Source: Candidatus Latescibacterota bacterium (lineage in GTDB: Bacteria > Latescibacterota > UBA2968). From it: 64,000 bases of DNA. Positions within the stretch are counted from its first letter, which is position 1; every line of letters starts with the position of its first letter. The stretch spans positions 224,001 to 288,000 of the forward strand of contig OZ242320.1 of the NCBI GenBank assembly GCA_965208125.1. Direction: 5' to 3'. A model generated the notes under the pieces. That model saw only the letters and a program-made list of their open reading frames with translations. It did no database searches and was not told where the DNA came from. The position numbers and the translations under genes were made by a program. Positions 1-9,461 of the stretch are shown here, in pieces.

Positions 1-453
1 AACGTGGCGGTCATTTTCCGCACCCGTCATACCGATCTCGATATCGGCAAAAGTCGTCGATTGAAAGCTAATATACATCGTGCCCCACGCGCTCAAATCC
101 CGAGGGCTATCCCAATGCACCCCCATCCCCCACCAGGCACCTCCTGCATGCACGAGACGATCCGCCTCAAGTCCTTCGAGACGGTCGCCCGAAAAACTCA
201 GAGCCACGGTATTTTCATACAGATAGAGATGCGTATTCTCCTGATTGATCTCAATATTTTCAGAACTTCCACCTTCGTAAAAGCCACCAATACTCAGCCG
301 CTGTTCGCCCTCTACGTATGGATCGGGACCAACAATGGGGCTTAAACCGGAATCGAACGGCACCTGGTCTTCGTAGTTGGGATCGCTAATTCCCGACCGA
401 CATCCGGCCAGAACCATTAGGAGCAACAAGCCTGTAATCGTCCTTATGTTCAT
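1..453 (-). CDS. Lipoprotein, possible carbohydrate-binding domain (runs off the window; not in the ORF track)
   Basis: Manual translation from ATG 453: MNIRTITGLLLLMVLAG-C RSGISDPNYEDQ...GGAWWGMGVHWDSPRDLSAWGTMYISF..., open to base 1. Lipobox LAGC; ATGA overlap with the stop of the upstream gene. Confidence 0.8.
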   Translation of the reverse strand, partial: MNIRTITGLLLLMVLAGCRSGISDPNYEDQVPFDSGLSPIVGPDPYVEGEQRLSIGGFYEGGSSENIEINQENTHLYLYENTVALSFSGDRLEGLEADRLVHAGGAWWGMGVHWDSPRDLSAWGTMYISFQSTTFADIEIGMTGAENDRHV

Positions 454-1013
454 TGTCTCACCGCTTTCAAATTGCCGTCGGGTCCCTGCACCAGAACCCA
501 GCCGCCAGTGGGCGTGCCACCGAGTTCAATAATCCCATTGAACGCCGATGTCACCAATTCAAAAAAGGTCTTGCCCTCCGAGTCATAACTAGCTGCATCG
601 GGGAAATTGTCGAGTACTGATTGGTACGCGCCAATAGCCATCTCGCGCACCGTGTCCAAATCTTCTGGCCTCGCCTTGCCCTGTGACCATATCTGATGCA
701 GACTCACGGCAACATAATACTGGTGTTCGCCCGAGGGCTGTTTGACCAGCCAGGTTGCCCAACTGTAAAAGGCAGCCACATGATTGCCGCTGTTGTGAAT
801 ATCCCACTTGGTCGTCTCACCTGAAGATGCGCGGGCAAACGGATTGTTGGGATCGTCGAGAACCGCTTTGCTCGGATGGATACCCGCTTCTTTGTCGAAC
901 ACCACAAACGGCGCATCGCTAAATGAACTGCCATAGACAAAATCGCCCGGCTCCGAACACGCACTCAGGATGAGAAGCACCAGCAGACCAGTGATATTTT
1001 GTACTAATTTCAT
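450..1013 (-). CDS. Lipoprotein of unknown function
   Basis: Start MKLVQNITGLLVLLILSA-C (lipobox) with a GAGGG SD; tightly coupled to its neighbours. Confidence 0.75.
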   Translation of the reverse strand: MKLVQNITGLLVLLILSACSEPGDFVYGSSFSDAPFVVFDKEAGIHPSKAVLDDPNNPFARASSGETTKWDIHNSGNHVAAFYSWATWLVKQPSGEHQYYVAVSLHQIWSQGKARPEDLDTVREMAIGAYQSVLDNFPDAASYDSEGKTFFELVTSAFNGIIELGGTPTGGWVLVQGPDGNLKAVRQ

Positions 1014-1021
1014 ATCATCCC

Positions 1022-4000
1022 TCACAGGCCAACGTTGACGTAAATACCAATCTCCAACTCTCGACCACGCTTATTCGAGTTTCTGGGATCGGATACGAAC
1101 TCTGAAGAATTTTCGTCGAGTGTGCGAAACTGTGCACGCACGCCAAACCGCGTTCCAAGCCCTTCCAGACCAGCCGGTGCCAGACCATAGGAGGCATCCA
1201 GGTACCACTGTATTGGATAGGTCAAATTAAAATCGCGATGGAAGTCATAAGGCCCCCAATCGTCAAAGTGCAGTTTTGTTCTGGCGTGAAAAGTCCGCCA
1301 CCACATACTCATATCAATGCCATAACGCCTGATCAGACGCGAGTCTTCACCGCGCGATTGCCCTTCACCTGCCAAAAACGTGGTTACCACTCGCGTATCG
1401 CGACTCGGGTTGTGGACCGTGTGTAGCTTGACTTCCCATACATCCTCTGCCGGCGGTGCAGTGCCAAAAGCGGCGATACTCCCATCTCCGAGCGTGAACG
1501 TATTCGCATCGCGCTGTTCGGGCTGATGGCGATACCAGATGTCCAGGGCAGCTACAAAACCGGCGTCTTCCTTAATATCGCGATCCCATGTGTGGAACCA
1601 CGTGCCGGGTGTGGGATCATATACGATGAGTAGTTCTCCAGCAATGGTCTCGCGGTTATCGCCCACCACAAAGGGATCGTCAATAATGCTACGCGGGCGC
1701 ACAGCCGGATAATAAATCCCCGTAATGCGATTGTAAAAATCGTCAATTTTGGGATTGGCTGGTATGATGGGTTTCTGATACAGAAATTGTGGCGCAATCT
1801 CAAAAAGCCCGGCCCTCGTGGAAAACCCGGTTGAAAGCGCCCAGTGATTGCCCCGCCCACTCTCCTTAATTGACCAACCAGTCAAAAGGGTCGCGTAATT
1901 ATAGCCTCCATCCGCAACAGGTCCCATCAAACTGCCCTGAGCATACCAGCGCATAGGTGCACCGTTATAAATAATACGCGCCCTGCCACCAAACGTATCG
2001 CCCAGGCGGACCTCGTCGTCAATGATCGCATATCCAGAATCCAGATAACTGCTTCCATCGGTCTTTTCAACCCATGTGAACGGATCACCGACTTTGGGCG
2101 ACCCCGAGAAGATCCCGCCAAATTCGAGCGTAAAAGATCCGGTATCGTAGCCAAAGTAGAACGACGACCGCCGGTTCAATGGTTCGGGAACCGCAAAACT
2201 CGTCTGCGCGCCAGACGCCTCAACAATATCTTCGTGGTGAATGAGGGCATAACGCCATTTGCCAGAGGTGCGGTAATACTTGACGAGCACAGCGGCATTT
2301 GCGCCCCACCACAACTCGGGACCGATAGCCACTTTCAGGCCATTCATTTCTCCTTTGCCGGTAAACTCAAAACCGATGGGCGCTTGCCCGTTGTAAATAT
2401 CGAGATTGGAACCGTAATTGGCTTCGGGATAAAAACCGAAAAAATCGCCCTCATACCCCCAGTGGAAGTGACCCGTACGGAAAAATCCACTGAGCGTAAA
2501 TCCGGGCTGTTCGATGGTAAGATCGGCGGCATAGATAGCAAAGCGATCATTAACTTTTCGCGCTTCGCGCGAAGGTGCTTCCCCCGGTTCGGGCACAACG
2601 ACCTCTAAAGCTCGCGTTTCGTAAAAAATATTGTCGAGCCGGTTCTGCGCCACAGCACCCACGCCGTGCAAAGACAATCGCGCACTCAGGCCTGCCCCCG
2701 GATTGATCTCAAAATCCGTCCAGAACGACTCGGTGTGCCCAAACAGTTGTTTTTCACCGCGCTCTGTCTGTGCATTGCCACTGCTCACACTCGACTCATA
2801 CCGCATGCGGATATCACTCACGCGAACAACGCCCAGCCGCTCGACTTCGGACAGCGCGCGCCCCGTAGCATAATGATGGATGTGGTCGGCTATGCGAATG
2901 CCACCAAAGTGCTGTGCGATGCGCTCAGGCGTTGTCGGCGGCGCATAAGGGTCAAGCGCAAATGCCTCTCGCAAAACATAGTAGGCCGTTCTCGGTGTTA
3001 CCGTGGCAAATTTGTTTTCATCGGGCCAATTTTTAGCGGTAATCCCCCACCACTCTTCATTCATATTGTTGCGCCCCTCCACATAGTCGTGTGGATAGGC
3101 CGCCGTAACCCAACTCGCATTGGTATCGTGAACATCGAGGTTTTCTTCCTGACGGAATTTCCACCAACCGTCGGACCACTGAAAAATAAAACCACCGATA
3201 GACGTACCGGCCTTACCCTTGCCATACGACTGCTCGTAAATTTCTCGCCACTGTCCGAGGAGATACCAGGCCTGAGATACGTCATCTTCTTTCTCAAGAC
3301 GCGCATCGTAAGCATCGGCCCCAAACTCTGTGTAGATAAAGGGAACATTGAGTTCCTTGTGAACGCGCTCAAAAAGGTCCCCGCTCGATACACCGCGATA
3401 AACATTGCCCCCCATCGCGTCAATATCTTTGCAGGTCCGGGCGATAATATCGAGGTATTGAATATCGCCATTGGCAAGCGCAACAGGGCGTTTGTCATCG
3501 AGATTTTTGACCAGAGTTGCAGCCTCGCCCATGAGAGAATAAAGGTGTTCGGCACGCGGGTCGGGAGCACCTTCGGGCAAATCCTGAATCTCAAAACCCG
3601 TCCACGCCAACCCGTAGTTATTCTCGTTGCCGAGCAAATAGATGAGCACGCCCCGCGTATCCACATAACGCTCAACTGTCGCGCGCAAATCGTCCAGAAT
3701 AGCCTTGCGCGTAGCCGGATCGCTGTAGTCGGTATTGGGCACAAAAACCCCATTGATTTCAAAGCCATAGCGTCCCATCAAGTGATTGACAGCAGACATG
3801 ATGCCGTATTTTTCATAGATATATTCTACCCAGCGCGGCGGAATATCTGAGAACAAACGAATAGCATTGACGCCCATATCGCGCATCATCGCCATCTCGT
3901 TATCCAGCACTTGCATAATGAACGCATCGGACTGATCCCACAGCGAGTAGCTATAGTTTTCGCCGATGGGGATATAGCCCCAGTTCATACCAAATACCAT

Positions 4001-4138
4001 AAAATCTTTGCCATCAACCTGGAGTTTCCAGCCGCGGTCATCGTGAAAAACGACCACTTCGTTTGGTTGTGCCCACACAACCTCGAACGAAGAGACACTC
4101 ACGAGCAATAGCACAGTCAAAAGATATCGGTTCATCAT
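1022..4138 (-). CDS. Secreted clan GH-A (GH2-TIM-like) glycoside hydrolase fused to a probable outer-membrane beta-barrel
   Basis: Signal peptide MMNRYLLTVLLLVSVSSFEVVWA; GNENN acid/base and YTEFG nucleophile motifs; C-terminal ~600 aa of alternating aromatic/Gly beta-strands. Start moved downstream of the sigma-54 promoter. Confidence 0.75.
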   Translation of the reverse strand: MMNRYLLTVLLLVSVSSFEVVWAQPNEVVVFHDDRGWKLQVDGKDFMVFGMNWGYIPIGENYSYSLWDQSDAFIMQVLDNEMAMMRDMGVNAIRLFSDIPPRWVEYIYEKYGIMSAVNHLMGRYGFEINGVFVPNTDYSDPATRKAILDDLRATVERYVDTRGVLIYLLGNENNYGLAWTGFEIQDLPEGAPDPRAEHLYSLMGEAATLVKNLDDKRPVALANGDIQYLDIIARTCKDIDAMGGNVYRGVSSGDLFERVHKELNVPFIYTEFGADAYDARLEKEDDVSQAWYLLGQWREIYEQSYGKGKAGTSIGGFIFQWSDGWWKFRQEENLDVHDTNASWVTAAYPHDYVEGRNNMNEEWWGITAKNWPDENKFATVTPRTAYYVLREAFALDPYAPPTTPERIAQHFGGIRIADHIHHYATGRALSEVERLGVVRVSDIRMRYESSVSSGNAQTERGEKQLFGHTESFWTDFEINPGAGLSARLSLHGVGAVAQNRLDNIFYETRALEVVVPEPGEAPSREARKVNDRFAIYAADLTIEQPGFTLSGFFRTGHFHWGYEGDFFGFYPEANYGSNLDIYNGQAPIGFEFTGKGEMNGLKVAIGPELWWGANAAVLVKYYRTSGKWRYALIHHEDIVEASGAQTSFAVPEPLNRRSSFYFGYDTGSFTLEFGGIFSGSPKVGDPFTWVEKTDGSSYLDSGYAIIDDEVRLGDTFGGRARIIYNGAPMRWYAQGSLMGPVADGGYNYATLLTGWSIKESGRGNHWALSTGFSTRAGLFEIAPQFLYQKPIIPANPKIDDFYNRITGIYYPAVRPRSIIDDPFVVGDNRETIAGELLIVYDPTPGTWFHTWDRDIKEDAGFVAALDIWYRHQPEQRDANTFTLGDGSIAAFGTAPPAEDVWEVKLHTVHNPSRDTRVVTTFLAGEGQSRGEDSRLIRRYGIDMSMWWRTFHARTKLHFDDWGPYDFHRDFNLTYPIQWYLDASYGLAPAGLEGLGTRFGVRAQFRTLDENSSEFVSDPRNSNKRGRELEIGIYVNVGL

Positions 4139-4203
4139 ATTGAAAACCTGTATAAAGAGTTGGAATTCAAGCGCCGGATTGGTTTTTTTCATAGCAAAAG
4201 CTA

Positions 4204-4219
4204 TGCAACATGCGTGCCA
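4204..4219 (-). promoter_or_regulatory. Sigma-54 -24/-12 promoter P4
   Basis: Minus strand TGGCACGCATGTTGCA (GG-N10-GC). Confidence 0.85.
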
Positions 4220-4246
4220 CATAAATTGTTTCAAGCAATATATATC

Positions 4247-4425
4247 CATAAAGTATTATTTTTATTACATATAATTTATAGAACTAATAAAAAAAGCCAA
4301 GCTGTGTTTTTGCCGAAAGGACCATATATGACCCCCAAAACAACCAGAATGGCTCTTATATTATTTATTAACAGACATTTATAATTAAAGGGTCATATTT
4401 AACCCTAAAAGACCAAATGTGACCC
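4247..4425. promoter_or_regulatory. Enhancer cassette for P4: AT box plus three GGGTCA-N4-TGACCC-like dyads
   Basis: CATAAAGTATTATT 4247-4260; GGACCATATATGACCC 4319-4334; GGGTCATATTTAACCC 4390-4405; AGACCAAATGTGACCC 4410-4425. Confidence 0.7.
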
Positions 4426-7400
4426 TCACTGAGGACGTCTAATACCCAGCTTTCTCATTTTGCCATACAGAGTAGAAGACGGTAGTTTCAGCAGAGCCGC
4501 TGCCCCCCTGGCCCCCTTTATCTGCCAGTTGGTGACTTTGAGCACTTCGAGGATATAGCGGCGTTCAAATTCATCCCAGGGCATGATTTCGCGGTCTTGA
4601 TCTAACTTGTGATCGGAAGCTGCGCCTTCGATTCGGGAACCATACAGTCCCAGATCACCCACTTCGATTTGAGAACTGTGGCACGCAATTACAGCACGCT
4701 GCATAGTATGCTCCAATTCCCGCACATTCCCAGGCCAATGATAGTTTTGCAACACCTCTATGACCTCAGAATCCAGGCGATCAATTTGCTTGCCTATATG
4801 TGCCACCAGGCGACTCTTAAAAAACTCGGCCAGGTCCGGTATGTCCTCCTTGCGCTCGCGCAGAGGCGGCAAATAGATCGGAAAAGCATTGAGGCGATAA
4901 TAGAGATCTTCGCGGAAATCACCCTTGCTGACCATCTCCTTCAGATCGCGATTCGTCGCTGCCACGATCCGCGTCTGCGCCGTCAGTATCTCGCTGCCCC
5001 CAACGCGCTCAAACGTCCCCTCTTCCAGCAAGCGCAGCAACCTGGCCTGCGTTTCCAGAGCCATATCGCCAATCTCATCTAAAAAGAGCGTACCGTCCCT
5101 GGCCAGTTCCACCCTACCCAGCCTGCGAGAAACTGCGCTGGTAAACGCCCCTTTCTCGTGACCAAACATTTCACTATCGATCAGCGATTCAGGCAACGCA
5201 CCACAGTTGACCTGTATAAAAGGCCCATCGCTATAGACACTCAGCCCGTGTAGTGCCCGCGCTGCCAGTCCCTTACCCACACCCGTCTCGCCTGCAATTA
5301 GCACCGTCAGATCGGCGGAGGCCACCTCTATGAGTTTGATTTGAAACTCGCGCAGAGCCGCGCTATGACCGATAAACTCATTGCTCCCTTGACTATTGAG
5401 TACAGCAGTCAGTTCTTTAATACGTGGATCAGGCTCGACCGAGATTTGTACCCGCGCCATCTGCGAGTAATTGAGATCGCGATCTACAGCCCGGACTTGA
5501 AAGGTGTAATCTCCCGGTGGTAAGTCTCGATAATAGACCCGCATCTCTCGGGTCGCGGGCTGCCAGTCGTGATCGTAGCCCTTCAAGCGGTAAATATAGA
5601 GCATATCGCTGGGATGGGTCGAAAAACTCAGACCCTTATACTCGAAAATCACCTGCTGATCCGTCGTAGATACGATGGCTTCTTCCAGGTTCTCATAGAC
5701 CTGATCAACTACAACTTGAATCAGGCGAACTATAGGCGGAATTTGCCGCAGGCGGTAGCGTACTATAGATCCCTCGGCAGTGCCAAACCAGAAGGTTCCG
5801 TCGCGATCTTCGAGTATCTGAAGAACGGGTCCTATATGTGGTGACTTGATGGTCTGGAAAAGTAGCCCATCGTAGTGAACCACACCTCCATCCGTGCCGA
5901 GCCAGAGGTGTCCACGCGAATCCTCGAACAAGCAACGGATGCGGTTGCTCGGCAAACCGTCTTCAGTGGTAAAGTTGCGAAAAACAATACCATCAAAGCA
6001 ACTGAGCCCCCTCTGAGTGGCGATCCACAGGTTGCCAGCGCGGTCTTCCAACAGGTCGGCAACCCGGTTATCTAACAACCCATCCGAAACAGTATAAAGA
6101 GAAATCCCATCTTCTGGATGCCACCGTCCAATGCCCTTGCCACTACCGAAGGGGTTGTGGGTACCCACACTAAACCAGAACTCTCGGTTGCGTCTGACGA
6201 TCAAGGTACCGATGTGGTTAAATGGATCTTCTTTTTCTTCCTCCTCAAAAACAAGTTGAAACTGTCCACCTCGGTGGTAAACGATTTGCAGTGGACTGGC
6301 AAAAAGCTCTTCTCTTTTTTTAGTCGTGCCATTTTCCCAATGCCCCAGAATCAGCTGTCCCTCCTGATCCTCGGCGATTGCGCTGACCCCCACCTCGCCA
6401 AAACCCTCGGTGGAGTGAAAGCCCTGCCCGTCATAGCGGAACAGGCCATTGCCGCCGCCAAACCACACATCACCATCGCGGTCTTCGTAAATGGCGAAAC
6501 AACTGTTGAGATCGAGACCCTGTGCGGCTCCGACAAACTCAAAGTGCTCGCCACTAAAGCGCGCGAGACTTTTGATTGTGAGGCTCAGGAATGGAGAGGA
6601 AAATCCGATCCATATATCCCCTCGTCGATCCTGCAACATCTGCGAGATTTCGCTATCGCCTTCGGGAGAATCTTTTCCAGGGTCGAAAAGACCGATACTA
6701 TATGCATCGTAGAGTACTACACCACCGCCCCATGTGGCGAACCAAAACTGATACTCGCGGTCCTGGAACACGGCATTGACAATGGGATAGGGCAAACCAT
6801 CAGCAGGAGTGAAACTGCCAAATTCATCGGGATTCTGATAGAGCACGCCTTCCGAAGTGCAGAACCACATCCGCCCTTCGCGGTCACACTGAATTTTGCG
6901 CAGGTTACCACCGAGGTCCACGGGAACACGATGGAAAGTGCCATCGGCATAGCGCCAGAGTCCGTCCCGCTGCCCGTACCGACCAATCCACACATAGCCT
7001 GTACTATCTCGCCCCACCGCGTAGTTACTCTGGTCCAGAGGAAAACCCTCTTCCTCGTCGTAGCGGTGGAACGATTCACCATCAAAGCGGATGAGGTAGT
7101 CAAAACCAAACCACAGGTGGCCTTCCATATCCTGGGTAATGCCCCAACACTGATTGGTCCACTGAGGAGAAGGCGGCTGCTCGTAGTGCCGGAGATAGAG
7201 CGGAATCAAATCGCAGAAAGCAGTGCCATCGTAATACCCCAGGGTATTCGTGCCACCGCACCATATACGCCCCTCACGATCTTCGTAGATGAACTGTGCA
7301 GATCGGCCTGCGATCCCCTCGTCCTCCAAATGGTGGAAATTTGCTCCATCATACCAGCAAACGCCACTCATTGTACCGAACCACAATCGCCCTTGACTAT

Positions 7401-7617
7401 CCTTGTGGATGGCAAAAACTCGATCGCCGCAAAGACCATCCTGTCGGGTAAATGTCTGAAACGCATCCCCGTCAAATCGGCTGACACCATTGTCCCAGGT
7501 AGCGAACCAGAGATACCCCTCGCTGTCTTCTACAATGTGTTCGGTGCGCACCCCAGCCAAGCCATTGGCAAGGGAATACGTCCGCCAGGTACCCGTGCGG
7601 TCGAGTGGCTTAATCAT
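4426..7617 (-). CDS. Sigma-54 activator (bEBP-C): Reg_prop beta-propellers, Y_Y_Y, AAA+, Fis-type HTH
   Basis: Repeated (E/Q)DxxGxLWF(G/A)T..GxxxYDG motifs; [25 protein letters not shown] (Y_Y_Y); GETGVGK; [13 protein letters not shown]; LFLDEIG; FREDLYYRL; WPGNVREL; C-terminal HTH. Confidence 0.92.
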   Translation of the reverse strand: MIKPLDRTGTWRTYSLANGLAGVRTEHIVEDSEGYLWFATWDNGVSRFDGDAFQTFTRQDGLCGDRVFAIHKDSQGRLWFGTMSGVCWYDGANFHHLEDEGIAGRSAQFIYEDREGRIWCGGTNTLGYYDGTAFCDLIPLYLRHYEQPPSPQWTNQCWGITQDMEGHLWFGFDYLIRFDGESFHRYDEEEGFPLDQSNYAVGRDSTGYVWIGRYGQRDGLWRYADGTFHRVPVDLGGNLRKIQCDREGRMWFCTSEGVLYQNPDEFGSFTPADGLPYPIVNAVFQDREYQFWFATWGGGVVLYDAYSIGLFDPGKDSPEGDSEISQMLQDRRGDIWIGFSSPFLSLTIKSLARFSGEHFEFVGAAQGLDLNSCFAIYEDRDGDVWFGGGNGLFRYDGQGFHSTEGFGEVGVSAIAEDQEGQLILGHWENGTTKKREELFASPLQIVYHRGGQFQLVFEEEEKEDPFNHIGTLIVRRNREFWFSVGTHNPFGSGKGIGRWHPEDGISLYTVSDGLLDNRVADLLEDRAGNLWIATQRGLSCFDGIVFRNFTTEDGLPSNRIRCLFEDSRGHLWLGTDGGVVHYDGLLFQTIKSPHIGPVLQILEDRDGTFWFGTAEGSIVRYRLRQIPPIVRLIQVVVDQVYENLEEAIVSTTDQQVIFEYKGLSFSTHPSDMLYIYRLKGYDHDWQPATREMRVYYRDLPPGDYTFQVRAVDRDLNYSQMARVQISVEPDPRIKELTAVLNSQGSNEFIGHSAALREFQIKLIEVASADLTVLIAGETGVGKGLAARALHGLSVYSDGPFIQVNCGALPESLIDSEMFGHEKGAFTSAVSRRLGRVELARDGTLFLDEIGDMALETQARLLRLLEEGTFERVGGSEILTAQTRIVAATNRDLKEMVSKGDFREDLYYRLNAFPIYLPPLRERKEDIPDLAEFFKSRLVAHIGKQIDRLDSEVIEVLQNYHWPGNVRELEHTMQRAVIACHSSQIEVGDLGLYGSRIEGAASDHKLDQDREIMPWDEFERRYILEVLKVTNWQIKGARGAAALLKLPSSTLYGKMRKLGIRRPQ

Positions 7618-8297
7618 GGGACTGAGACCTTATACACTTTCAAATTCGCATATTCTCCAATCAAAGGCGCCATTTGTCGGAAACCGATCTTGCCACTCCC
7701 CAGCAAAGGCCCATACGTCTGACCATCATCAACCCAGTGAAAAATCTTCAAATCGCGAATATAAAAAACAACCTCAGCACCGCATTTGATCAGCGTAATC
7801 GGGTATGGCGGTCTGGCATCGACAACTGAAGGCAGGGGATCCGCCCCCTGGCAGACCATGTGAAAACCATAGCTCTTGCGCAAATTGCAAACCTGAAAAG
7901 CGCGTTCTTTGAGTGCTTTCCGCCGAAAATAAGACACATGCAACGCATTGATATCGCTGCTGTGATACTGCTTGTATTCGCCAGCCCGAGGCGCCAATGA
8001 CGAATCAAATATATCTTCACCGCCTCGTCCCAGTGCAGAAAAAAACAGAATGCACAACCCCGGCTCGCGCACCGGCCAAAAATCCCACGTTACGGCAATA
8101 TCCGCTGGAAAATCTTCAGAACACCAAAAAACAAAATTTGCTGCCTGTCCCTCCCCGGGATCGCGGCGATTCTCCATTCGCATGCGACCATTTGGAAAGG
8201 TCACTTCGGCATCTCCCTCCATCCGAAATCCTTCAATATCTGATGCGGAAGACAGCGGATTGTCGTAAAGCAATTCGCCAAATTCAAAATTATCCAT
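7614..8297 (-). CDS. DUF1961 (YesU-like) family protein
   Basis: ELLYDNPLS..FRMEG, NFVFWC, LHVSYFRR, GKIGFRQMAP motifs; AGGAG SD before MDNF. An in-frame upstream start at 8441 adds a Tat-like leader. Confidence 0.7.
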   Translation of the reverse strand: MDNFEFGELLYDNPLSSASDIEGFRMEGDAEVTFPNGRMRMENRRDPGEGQAANFVFWCSEDFPADIAVTWDFWPVREPGLCILFFSALGRGGEDIFDSSLAPRAGEYKQYHSSDINALHVSYFRRKALKERAFQVCNLRKSYGFHMVCQGADPLPSVVDARPPYPITLIKCGAEVVFYIRDLKIFHWVDDGQTYGPLLGSGKIGFRQMAPLIGEYANLKVYKVSVP

Positions 8298-8455
8298 AAC
8301 ACCTCTCCTGATGCGTTGACGTATCGGATTCTTCGCCGCATGAACAGCCTGCCTCAAAAACAGCGGCGCACTGCCAAAAGATACTGAAAACAACGCCATC
8401 TTGCTGCATTTTATAAATGCCCTGCGCGTCCATTCCATCATTTTAGTCTCCTGTT

Positions 8456-9352
8456 TCACTTTGGAAGCGGGATCTTGCGAAGCGATTCCCATTCTGTACG
8501 CAGCGTATTTAGCCAGACAGGAAGCTTTCCAAGCCGCAACGCGAGTTGAGCCTCAAAAAGAGATTCCGGCTCAACCGGGCTGCCGTTTGATTCCAGAACC
8601 TCAAGCGCACTTTCATTGAAAGTGGCGGGATTGCCGTGAAATCCCACAATAATCGGATGCAAAAATCGGAGATACCCCTGCCAAAAATCGTAGCGCGTAT
8701 CATCCCCTCCGTGGTTGAAATTCCAAAACACAAGACGCCTGAGATGGTGTGGCTGAACACCTGTACCGCTGCTGCCATATAGCCTGCCATTACTCACGCG
8801 ATCGTACAAATTGGCATAGCTCGGTTTGGTCTTATGGATATCGAGCGACTGTCTGGAACCCATGTCAAAGCGATAGACCACATTGCCGGTCGTGCTATGG
8901 CTCATGCCCACGCCATGGAGTTGGTTTGCAAGGTCTTCGGACAGCCCCACCCATATCCCGTAACTGCCCTGACTCTTAATCGCATAATGCCCAACGCCCT
9001 TGCCATTGGCCTCTGCTGCGGCAATGGCTGCCTGTATAGCACGCTGATCAGATAGGTCATCATTGGGGATTGCACCATACTTTGTGACATCGAAAATGGG
9101 ATGCGCGACATCGGGAACTGGCTCGTTGGAGTAGTGATATCCCGCGTAGGAAAAATCGGGTAAGATAGATTCTGTCCCCTTCTCCTTGGCCTTCACAAAC
9201 TGTTGATAGGTAGTTGAGATGCGTGGCGTTCCCACTGGAATGGCAACATCTCGGTCTCCTTCTGAACCATCCATCAGAGATGGAATCAACAGCAAGATAA
9301 CTGCAAAGATCCAAACACAGGCGAAACGCCTGCGATGTAGCAACTCGGGCAT
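8456..9352 (-). pseudogene. DUF4955/pectate-lyase-fold protein with a probable large in-frame internal deletion
   Basis: ILPDFSYAGY..FDVTKYGAIPND..D..AIQAAI (N-terminal beta-helix start) joins directly to the C-terminal PHHLRRLVFWNF..PIIVGFHG..PESLFEAQL region; only 298 aa. Confidence 0.55.
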
Positions 9353-9461
9353 ATTGTACTCCTCCCGTAGATAAAATCAGCCATCAATCTAAGTCCAGGA
9401 CAATGGCTCGCTGGAACATCTAATCCCGTATCCACAAAATACTATACTCCATTGTATAGTG

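Noticed and set aside
4139-4249. ORF-track N-terminal extensions (also 22659-22685, 40735-40833, 51515-51664, 52683-52736)
   Set aside because: They overlap promoters, structured leaders or upstream genes; downstream starts give better SD or signal-peptide positions.
6118-7722. Long plus-strand ORFs (534 aa here; also 2666..3850, 28193..29149, 30784..32064)
   Set aside because: Antisense shadows of well-supported minus-strand genes, with no motifs of their own.
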